Of a stretch of DNA of 64,000 bases, positions 41,385 through 53,119 are shown in pieces. The DNA comes from Candidatus Omnitrophota bacterium. Lineage in GTDB: Bacteria > Omnitrophota > Gorgyraeia > 1-14-0-20-64-10. Under the pieces are notes generated by a model. That model had not been told where the DNA came from. It worked only from the letters and a program-made list of their open reading frames with translations, and searched no databases. Positions within the stretch are counted from its first letter, which is position 1, and every line of letters starts with the position of its first letter. The position numbers and the translations under genes are program-made. The stretch covers positions 212,873 to 276,872 of the forward strand of contig JAHFFE010000001.1 of assembly GCA_023248155.1 (NCBI GenBank), written 5' to 3'.

Positions 41385-42773
41385 GTGACGCAGGCGGTTA
41401 ACAGGGTATTTCTCCAATTGCCTGGAGAGCAAATCAGTTCTCTGGCGCGTCGGCGCCGGTCGCTGGCGTTAAAACACCAGATGGTAGTTTATAATTCCCG
41501 CAAGCAGCCCCACCAGATCGATCTTCAGATGCGGCCCTGGGTGATGACGCGCGTGCAAGAATCATTTTTTTATAAAACCTGCCGGCTTCTGAATTCCGCG
41601 CTCGATAGAATCGTTCCTCTCTATTTGCACAATCCGCAGGTTCGCCAGATCGTTCCGTTGGAGCCGTATGAAGACGAATGGCTGCGTGCCGCCAACGCCC
41701 GCAAACTGCAAACGCCGCGAACGGTTTTCGGCCGGATCGACGCGACCGCTACCTTCGCGCATCCGCGCTGGAAGGACGATTTCTGGTTTTTGGAGCCGAA
41801 TGAAATCGGCATCGGCGGTGTTTATTACATCTACGGCACGATGGCGATGGCCAATGAATGGGTCGTGCCGCTGCTGAAAGAAAAAATCCCGGCGTTTCAG
41901 CCGCGAATGGCCAACGATCCGCAGCGGCTGCTGTTTCTGCTGATGCGCCGGCACGCGCGCGCCATTGGCCGGCCATTAAAGCGCGTGGCATTGGTCGAAG
42001 ATTGTTCAGAGCCGGAAGGGACCGCCGAATTTTCTTCGGTAGTCCAATCGTTCCGGCGATGGGGACTGGACGCGTTTGTGGCCGACCCTCGTCAGGTGAA
42101 AAGTCGTCGCGGCGAAATTACCGTGCGCGGGAAACCGGTTGATCTGATTTACCGCGATACGGAACTGACCGAGATGGCCGAAATGGGCGGCCGCGATTTT
42201 TCAAAAAAATTCTCGGGCATGCGCGAAGCGTTCATCCAAAACCGCGGGATCTCTTCGCTGGCCGGCGAGTTCGATCACAAGTCATGCTGGGAATTGTTTA
42301 CCAATCCGCAATTTGGCCATTATTTTACGCCTGCCCAGCGCCGGCTTTTCCAGAAACATATTCTTTGGACACGGTTACTGTGGGAACGGACCACGACCGA
42401 TTGGAACGGAAAATCGGTCGATCTCGTTGCCTGCACTCAAAAGAACCGCGCACGCTTGGTGCTGAAGCCAAACCGCGCGTACGGCGGAGAAGGGGTTTTA
42501 TTCGGTTGGGCTGTTTCGCAGAGCCGATGGGATCGCGCGCTGGCAACGGCGCTGCGGGAACCGTCCCAATGGATTGTTCAGCGCGCCGCGCGCGTGCATG
42601 AAGAATTATTTCCGGAGATCCGTCCCAATGGCCGCGTAAAACTGGAACCATTTTTTGCGGTAACCGGTTTTGCCGCTACCCCCGACGGCATGGCGGTTCT
42701 GGGCCGGTTTTCAGAAGAATCGGTAGTGAATGTTTCCCGCCGCGGCGGATTAATTCCGGTTTTTCGATTGTGA
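41385..42773 (+). CDS. Circularly permuted ATP-grasp family peptide ligase
   Basis: GRID, FLEPN, VDLIYRD, LVLKPNRAYGGEGVLFG, WIVQ, VVNVSRRGG. Confidence 0.8.
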   Translation: MTQAVNRVFLQLPGEQISSLARRRRSLALKHQMVVYNSRKQPHQIDLQMRPWVMTRVQESFFYKTCRLLNSALDRIVPLYLHNPQVRQIVPLEPYEDEWLRAANARKLQTPRTVFGRIDATATFAHPRWKDDFWFLEPNEIGIGGVYYIYGTMAMANEWVVPLLKEKIPAFQPRMANDPQRLLFLLMRRHARAIGRPLKRVALVEDCSEPEGTAEFSSVVQSFRRWGLDAFVADPRQVKSRRGEITVRGKPVDLIYRDTELTEMAEMGGRDFSKKFSGMREAFIQNRGISSLAGEFDHKSCWELFTNPQFGHYFTPAQRRLFQKHILWTRLLWERTTTDWNGKSVDLVACTQKNRARLVLKPNRAYGGEGVLFGWAVSQSRWDRALATALREPSQWIVQRAARVHEELFPEIRPNGRVKLEPFFAVTGFAATPDGMAVLGRFSEESVVNVSRRGGLIPVFRL

Positions 42774-42785
42774 TATACTGCTGTC

Positions 42786-44300
42786 ATGAGCGATAAAAAA
42801 TCTTTCACAAAAATAGTCCTTGGGTTTTTAGCAATAGGGCTTGTTGCCGGCATCGCCTGGGCCGAAACGACCGAAATTGTGACCTATTATCCTACCAGCG
42901 GCGGTGGCGGCGCCGATCCGCAGGTAAACTCGATCAGGGTCGGAAACGGCTATGCAGGAACTGCTGCTCCGGGGAATGGAATAGCGCGCATCGAAACATC
43001 TCTCGGGATCGGTCTGGCGGGACTACCCACTCAACAGATTGAAATTACCGGTAATTTTCAGTTGCCGGCCACGACGGCTCCGGGAGGTATCCTTGCCGGG
43101 GGCGCTATTTTGTCCAATGGCAACAGGTTCATTCACAATTTCGGATCGAACAATTTTTTTGCGGGTGTGAACGCCGGTAACTTTACCATGACCGGTGGTA
43201 CGAACACGGCGGTTGGGGCTACTGCTTTGCGTGCCAACACTACCGGTGGCGGTAATACGGCTGTCGGTCAAAGTGCTTTGGCGAGCAATACCACCGGTCC
43301 TTCAAATACCGCTATCGGAATTGCTGCGCTCACTGCCAATATTAGCGGCGGCAACAATGTTGCTATTGGACGGACGGCGCTTTTCCTTAATAATAATGGT
43401 TCCTTCAACACCGCGGTCGGGAACCAGTCTCTTGCAAACAACACGGTTTCCGACAATACAGCCATTGGTTTTGGAGCTATGCAACTCAATACGACCGGCA
43501 CTGACAACACCGCCGTGGGGTTCTCTGCTCTGCTGAGTAATACCACGGGCGTCACCAATGCCGCCGTCGGCATGAACACCCTTCTCAACAACACCATTGG
43601 CGGCGGCAACGCCGCGCTGGGGACCAGTGCTCTTCTCAGCAACACCACCGGCATAAATAACACGGCGGTCGGCAGTGCTGCAGGTGGTATTAACACCACC
43701 GGTTCAAACAATGTTTTTATTGGGCAAATAGCACAACCAACTGTCGGGAACCTTACTAATGCCATTGCCATCGGTTCCAACGCGCAAGTTGGCGCCAGCA
43801 ACAGTATGGTTCTGGGTGGAACCGGCGCCAATGCGGTCAATGTCGGTATTGCTGTGACTACGCCGAGAACGCCGGCTCCGAACGCGGCCGCCGGCAACCT
43901 GGATGTAAATGATGTTTGGGTAAGAAGTTTGAACGCCGGGGCGGGAGCCTGGCTGAGTCAGCAGGCCGGAGGTGGAGCTCAAATGGTGACGGGCAGTTAT
44001 GTCGGTAATGGAATCAATGCCCGTCGAACCATAGCGGTTGCCGGCGTTACGGCGGCCACGCCGATTCGTTTCTTGACGGTAATTGGAAATTGGCGCAATA
44101 CGACTTCTGCGATGACCAATATTAAAACAGCGACCATGGCAGGAACGCTGAATTATCATTGGGCGCCTGCGCTGGCAACCTATGAGCTTACCGTCGGCGG
44201 TCCCGCGATTCAATTTGAGGCGACCGGGTTTAGTTTTCTGCATGATGCGGGCACCATCAATCAGAATGGGCAGACGTACCACTACATCGCCTATTTGTAA
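42786..44300 (+). CDS. TYYP-family fibre protein (copy 6)
   Basis: AWA|ETTEIVTYYPT; ~11 NTAxG repeats; tip MVTGSYVGNG...NQNGQTYHYIAY. Confidence 0.9.
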   Translation: MSDKKSFTKIVLGFLAIGLVAGIAWAETTEIVTYYPTSGGGGADPQVNSIRVGNGYAGTAAPGNGIARIETSLGIGLAGLPTQQIEITGNFQLPATTAPGGILAGGAILSNGNRFIHNFGSNNFFAGVNAGNFTMTGGTNTAVGATALRANTTGGGNTAVGQSALASNTTGPSNTAIGIAALTANISGGNNVAIGRTALFLNNNGSFNTAVGNQSLANNTVSDNTAIGFGAMQLNTTGTDNTAVGFSALLSNTTGVTNAAVGMNTLLNNTIGGGNAALGTSALLSNTTGINNTAVGSAAGGINTTGSNNVFIGQIAQPTVGNLTNAIAIGSNAQVGASNSMVLGGTGANAVNVGIAVTTPRTPAPNAAAGNLDVNDVWVRSLNAGAGAWLSQQAGGGAQMVTGSYVGNGINARRTIAVAGVTAATPIRFLTVIGNWRNTTSAMTNIKTATMAGTLNYHWAPALATYELTVGGPAIQFEATGFSFLHDAGTINQNGQTYHYIAYL

Positions 44301-44310
44301 GTCCTCTTTT

Positions 44311-44344
44311 ATTGTCAACCGGAACGGTGTTTTGAGTTGACAAT
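44311..44344. promoter_or_regulatory. BirA biotin operator
   Basis: Perfect ATTGTCAAC-N16-GTTGACAAT palindrome 65 nt upstream of bioB; fits the known TGTxAAC-Nn-GTTxACA consensus. Confidence 0.88.
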
Positions 44345-44409
44345 TCCTACCTGACGAGCGATCCTACAAAGAACGGTATTTTAACCTTCCCTAAAGAGGA
44401 GTTTTTGGC

Positions 44410-45384
44410 ATGATAGAGACAATTCAGACGGTTTCGCAGCGAGTGCTCGGCGGCGGAAAAATCACGATGGATGAAGCGTCGAAATTTATCGAGATGGACA
44501 ACTGGCCGGATGTTTTACACCTGGCCTCCGAAGCGACGCGCATCCGCGAGAAATTTACCGGCAAACAGGTTGATCTTTGCGCGCTCGTCAACGCGAAAGC
44601 CGGCAACTGCGCCGAGAACTGCGGTTATTGCAGCCAGTCCGCCCATTTCAATACCGAAATCTCTTCGTATCCGCTCATGAACCCAGACCAGATCGTCGAG
44701 CGGGCGCGCCAGGCCAAGGAATTCGGCGCGACGCGGTTTTGTATCGTGACGGCCCAGCGCGGTTTGTCCGACAACGATCTGCCGACGCTCTGCGAAGCGG
44801 TGCGCCGCGTGAAAGCCGAAGTTGGGCTCGAACCGGAATGTTCCCTCGGTTTTGTGACCGATCATCAACTGGAACAACTGAAAGCGGCCGGCATGACGCG
44901 CTATAACCATAACCTCGAAACGGCCGAAACCAATTTCCCGAACATCTGCACGACGCATTCCTATCAGGACCGGCTTGCTACACTGCGCCAGTTGCGCAAG
45001 CATGGCCTGGAAATCTGCAGCGGCGGCATTCTCGGCCTGGGCGAGTCGCGCCAGGAACGGTTGGCGCTGGCGTTTGAATTGTCCGAGCTGGATGTCGAAT
45101 GCGCGCCGATCAATGTGTTGAATCCGCGTCCCGGTACACCGCTGGCCGAGAACACGCCGCCGGATCCGATGGAAGTGATCAAGACGATCGCCGTGTTCCG
45201 GTTCATCCTGCCGAAGGCCAAGCTGGAATTGGGCGGCGGCCGCGAAGTGAACCTGCGCGATTTTCAGTCGATGGCGTTTTTGGCGGGTGCCAATTCGCTG
45301 ATCATCGGCGGATACCTGACGACCAACGGCCGCCAGCCGGCGCATGACACGCAGCTGCTGAAAGACCTCGGCTTCACGGTTTAA
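44410..45384 (+). CDS. bioB: Biotin synthase
   Basis: CAENCGYCSQS, YNHNLET, CSGGILGLGES, PRPGTP, GYLTTNG. Confidence 0.97.
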   Translation: MIETIQTVSQRVLGGGKITMDEASKFIEMDNWPDVLHLASEATRIREKFTGKQVDLCALVNAKAGNCAENCGYCSQSAHFNTEISSYPLMNPDQIVERARQAKEFGATRFCIVTAQRGLSDNDLPTLCEAVRRVKAEVGLEPECSLGFVTDHQLEQLKAAGMTRYNHNLETAETNFPNICTTHSYQDRLATLRQLRKHGLEICSGGILGLGESRQERLALAFELSELDVECAPINVLNPRPGTPLAENTPPDPMEVIKTIAVFRFILPKAKLELGGGREVNLRDFQSMAFLAGANSLIIGGYLTTNGRQPAHDTQLLKDLGFTV

Positions 45385-45392
45385 AAGCAGTT

Positions 45393-46124
45393 TTGGATAT
45401 TTCCCTCCAAGGCAAAAAAATCCTGGTGACGGGTGCCACCGGCGGGATCGGCGTCGCCATCATCGGACAGCTTCTGCAGTCGGGCGCGCAGGTGACCGGA
45501 TCTTATTTTCAGGATCAATCTGCCGCCGATGCTCTCCAAAAACAGGGTACTTGCATGATGCGCGCCGACCTGGGCGATCGTTTAGCGGTCCGTTCGCTGG
45601 TACAGAAAACATTGGAACAATCCGGCGGAGCCATTGACGCGCTGATCTACGCGGCCGGCAACACGCGCGATCACACCTTGATGAAAATGACCGACGATGA
45701 ATGGGACTCCGTCATCGGCGTGCACCTCACCGGCCTGGTCACGGCCTGCAAAGAACTGCTTCCGTCGATGCAGCAGCGCAAGCAGGGCAAGATCATCGCG
45801 CTCGGATCACAGTCCGGATTAACGGGGCGAATGGGCCAGGCCAATTACAGTGCCGCGAAAGCGGGAGCGGCAGGCTTCATTAAAACATTGGCGCGCGAAG
45901 CCGGCCGTTTCGGCGTGACGGCCAACCTGGTTTGTCCCGGATTTGTCGATTCTAAAATGACGCGCTCGGCTCCGCCGGAAGCGTGGGAGCGGGCCAAGGC
46001 TGCCTCGGCGCTGGGAACGGTTTCTTCGGCGCAGACGGTTGCTTCCTTTATTGCCTGGATGGTGTCGGACCATTGCGCCGGCGTAACAGGGCAAATCTTC
46101 CAGCTCGACAGCCGGATTTTATGA
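45393..46124 (+). CDS. FabG-like SDR oxidoreductase
   Basis: TGATGGIG, GQANYSAAKAG, VCPGFVDSKMT. Confidence 0.85.
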   Translation: MDISLQGKKILVTGATGGIGVAIIGQLLQSGAQVTGSYFQDQSAADALQKQGTCMMRADLGDRLAVRSLVQKTLEQSGGAIDALIYAAGNTRDHTLMKMTDDEWDSVIGVHLTGLVTACKELLPSMQQRKQGKIIALGSQSGLTGRMGQANYSAAKAGAAGFIKTLAREAGRFGVTANLVCPGFVDSKMTRSAPPEAWERAKAASALGTVSSAQTVASFIAWMVSDHCAGVTGQIFQLDSRIL

Positions 46125-47286
46125 ACGAACTTCAAAATGAACTGGATGAACTCGACCGTCAGGGACTGCGCCGGTTCTGGCGATGCGTCGAAGCAGTTGA
46201 TGGTGGTCGGATTTTAATCGACGGCCAATGGCGCGTTCATATGGCCTCCAACAATTATTTGGGGTTGGCGGCCCATCCTCGCGTGGTAGCCGCTGCGCGC
46301 GAAGCGCTGGAACAGTATGGCGCGGGCGCCGGGTCGGCGCGATTGATCGGCGGAACTTTTCCGCCGCATGAACAGCTGGAAGAAGAACTGGCCCGGTTTA
46401 AACAAGCGGAAGCAGCGATTGTTTTTCCAACCGGGTATATGGCCAACCTCGGCATTATTACCACGCTGACCGGCCCTGAAGATCTGCTGATCGGTGATCG
46501 GCTGAACCATGCCAGCTTGATTGACGCCTGCCGGCTCAGCCGCGCGTCGTTTCGCGTTTATCCACACCTCGACGCAGAGAAGCTCAACGACCTTTTAAAA
46601 CAGCGCCGCGCGAAATACCGGCGCGTTCTGATTATCGCCGAAGGACTTTTTTCAATGGATGGCGACTGCTCGCCGTTAAAGGAAATTTCGGAACTGGCGC
46701 GCCAGTACGATGCCTGGTTGATGATCGACGATGCGCACGGCACCGGTGTTCTGGGAAAAACCGGTCGCGGTTCTCTGGAAGCGGCCGGTGTTTCTCCCGA
46801 CGGAATTTTGCAAATGGGAACGCTGTCGAAAGCAATTGGTTCGGTCGGCGGATATTTAGCCGGGCCTAAGGCGGCTGTTGAGCTGATCAAGAACAAGGCC
46901 CGTTCATTTATTTTCACGACGGCATTACCGCCGGCCTGCGCGGCTGCGGCGCACGAAGCGCTGCGCGTGATCCAGCAGGAACCGGCTATACGGGAACAAC
47001 TTTGGAATAATGTGCGGCACTGGACGCAGGGCTTGAAAAAAATGGAGCTTCCGCTGGTTTCGGACAACAGCCCGATCGTTCCGGTGCAGGTGGGCGACAA
47101 CCGTTTGACGATGGAAATTGCGCAGTCGCTTTTTGAGCAGGGTGTTTACGCGCCGGGCATCCGTCCCCCGACGGTACCCGAAGGCCAGGCGCGCATCCGC
47201 ACCAGCGTGACGGCGCTGCATACGCCGGATGATTTGGATAATGCGCTGAAAGTTTTTGAAAAAACAATAGGGGTGATTCACCGATA

Positions 47287-47287
<1 letters not shown>
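46121..47287 (+). CDS. bioF: 8-amino-7-oxononanoate synthase
   Basis: SNNYLGLA, NHASLIDAC, FSMDGD, DDAHGTG, GTLSKA, IRPPTVP. Confidence 0.96.
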
Positions 47288-50746
<3,459 letters not shown>

Positions 50747-50778
50747 TTTTCGAGTATACTTTTGAATAGGCAAGAACG

Positions 50779-52377
50779 ATGAAAAATCCAATTGTAAAAA
50801 ATAAAACTAACCGCATCTTATTTACGCTGTTGTTTTTGGGATTAATCGCCACGAGTGTATCTGCCGATACAGTTGAGCTGGTGACTTATTATCCGACCGA
50901 GTCCAACGGCCAGTTTGACCGCAACCATGCCCGGCGTTCGACAGTGGGGTCAGCCTATTCACCCGATACGATTACCGATGCCGCTGTCCCCGATGGGACG
51001 CTGCTGGTTTCGGAGAGGCTTGGAATTGGGATAACCGCGCCGCAATTCCCACTCGATATTTACCGCAGTGCTGATGAGGCCTATCTGCGCGTGATGGGCG
51101 TTGGCAACGGTTTGGCCCCGGAAAACTTTGCTGGGATCGAGTTGGACAGCGATCTTCCGGTCAACGGTGTTCCCGATTACAAATGGCAGCTGGTGCATAA
51201 ACGGGGCGGCGCCGGCGGGGAGAACGATTTCCACATTACTTTTTACGATCCAACTATCCCGGCCTGGCGGGTATGGCTGGCTATTCGGAAAAACGGCAAT
51301 GTCGGCATTGGCAACGTACCGTTCCCGGATGAAAAATTGCAGGTGAACGGCAATATCCGGATGCCTAACACCTTTGTCGACGGACTGGGTGTGGCCACGG
51401 CCGGCGTGATCTACAGCGACACGACGCGGTTTATTCATAACTTCGGTTCGAACAATACATTCATGGGTGTGGAATCCGGCAACTTTACGACGGCCGGAAC
51501 CGGGTTTAATTCCGGCTATGGCCAGCGTACACTGATGAACGTGACCACCGGGTTTTTTAACGCGGCGGTGGGTGCTGGATCACTCACTTCGAATACCGTT
51601 GGCTCCGACAATACAGCGGTTGGCACCAGTTCGCTAACCTCCAACAACACCGGTAATAATAATGTGGCGGTCGGTTATCAGGCGCTGTTGAGCAATATCA
51701 GCGGCAGCAACAATGTGGCGGTTGGAACTCAGGCCGGCGGCAACGCCGGGGGCAACCAGAACATTTTTATCGGTGTTCAGGCCGGTTTGAACGAAGCCGG
51801 CAACGACAAGCTGTACATTGAAAACTCCAGCTCAGCCAACCCATTAATCTACGGTGATTTTTCCACCGATACGGTCCGGATCAACAATCATTTAGGAATA
51901 GGCACCAGTGTCGTGGGTGGCACGAATGCGCTGGCGATTGCCAATGGAATCGAGCCGGCTACCAACCCTGCCGGCCAGATTCAGCTGTTTGCCAAAAATG
52001 TTTCCGGCACATCAAAACTGTGGGTGATTGATGGAGCCGGTTTTTCGTCAACGATTTCACCGCATAACTTCTCACTGATTCCATCGGGCGCCAGCGAGCC
52101 GCTGGCGTGGGCATTTTATTCGGAACGCGCCGGCCATGCCGTTAATGTCGATATGCTGCGCGCCATCCGCGTCCTTGAAAATTTATCCGGCGAGCAGCTG
52201 GTTTATCTAAAAAATCTTCGCACCCATCAAGACGAAAGTTCCCGTTTAACCAGCCCGGTTGTTCCCTCGCTTGAAAAAGAAATTCAACAGCTGAAAGCCG
52301 ACAACGAAAAACTGCAGAAGCAGGTTGATGACCTTAAAAGATCAGTCGACGCGTTGGCGCGAAACTCCCGCCGGTAA
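50779..52377 (+). CDS. TYYP-family fibre protein (copy 7)
   Basis: VSA|DTVELVTYYPT; RFIHNFG; repeats; C-terminal SPHNFSL...VNVDMLRAIRVLE plus coiled coil. Confidence 0.88.
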   Translation: MKNPIVKNKTNRILFTLLFLGLIATSVSADTVELVTYYPTESNGQFDRNHARRSTVGSAYSPDTITDAAVPDGTLLVSERLGIGITAPQFPLDIYRSADEAYLRVMGVGNGLAPENFAGIELDSDLPVNGVPDYKWQLVHKRGGAGGENDFHITFYDPTIPAWRVWLAIRKNGNVGIGNVPFPDEKLQVNGNIRMPNTFVDGLGVATAGVIYSDTTRFIHNFGSNNTFMGVESGNFTTAGTGFNSGYGQRTLMNVTTGFFNAAVGAGSLTSNTVGSDNTAVGTSSLTSNNTGNNNVAVGYQALLSNISGSNNVAVGTQAGGNAGGNQNIFIGVQAGLNEAGNDKLYIENSSSANPLIYGDFSTDTVRINNHLGIGTSVVGGTNALAIANGIEPATNPAGQIQLFAKNVSGTSKLWVIDGAGFSSTISPHNFSLIPSGASEPLAWAFYSERAGHAVNVDMLRAIRVLENLSGEQLVYLKNLRTHQDESSRLTSPVVPSLEKEIQQLKADNEKLQKQVDDLKRSVDALARNSRR

Positions 52378-52383
52378 GCAATA

Positions 52384-53085
52384 GTGAGTAAGGAAAAATT
52401 CGTCCACCGTTTGTTTGATACAATCACTCCGCGCTATGACCTATTCAACCGCGTCGGCAGTCTCGGCATGGATCACAGCTGGCGGAGAAAAACAATCCAG
52501 GCGCTTCAACTGAAACCGGAAATGCGCGTACTTGATTTAGCCAGCGGCACCGGTGATTTGGCGCGCGACTGCGCGGCTGAGTTAGCGCCGCTGGGGAAAG
52601 TAGTCGCTTGTGATCTTTCTCTGCAGATGCTTTCACGGGCCGTCAAGCGGCTGGCGGTTTTTCCGCCGGCGCGCTGGCACGTCAGCTACGCGCAGGGAAG
52701 GGCCGAAAACCTGCCGTTTAACCCAGCCACTTTTGACGCCGCCACTATGGCGTTTGCTCTGCGCAATGTTTCCGATTTGGATGCCACTTTTGGCGAATAC
52801 CATCGTACGATGCGTCCCGGCGCTCATTTGGCATTGCTGGAGTTCGGCCGGCCAACCAATTTTTTCGTGCGCGCGGGCCACTGGCTCTGGCTCTCAACCG
52901 CTATTCCTCTGTTTGGTTTTTTAACGACCGGCTTGTTCTGGCCGTTCCTTTATTTGCGCCGATCAATACTGCAATTTATGCCGCCGGAGCAGGTGGTTAA
53001 AAAACTGCAAAACGCCGGTTTTGGCGAAGTCTCCGCCACTCGCTTAAGCGGCGGGATTGTGGTTCTCTACCAGGCTATTCGTTAA
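52384..53085 (+). CDS. ubiE: UbiE/MenG methyltransferase
   Basis: FDTITPRYDLFN, VLDLASGTGDLA, AENLPF, FALRNV. Confidence 0.92.
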   Translation: MSKEKFVHRLFDTITPRYDLFNRVGSLGMDHSWRRKTIQALQLKPEMRVLDLASGTGDLARDCAAELAPLGKVVACDLSLQMLSRAVKRLAVFPPARWHVSYAQGRAENLPFNPATFDAATMAFALRNVSDLDATFGEYHRTMRPGAHLALLEFGRPTNFFVRAGHWLWLSTAIPLFGFLTTGLFWPFLYLRRSILQFMPPEQVVKKLQNAGFGEVSATRLSGGIVVLYQAIR

Positions 53086-53119
53086 CAAAAATAACCAATT
53101 TTATGGCATACTTCCTTAT

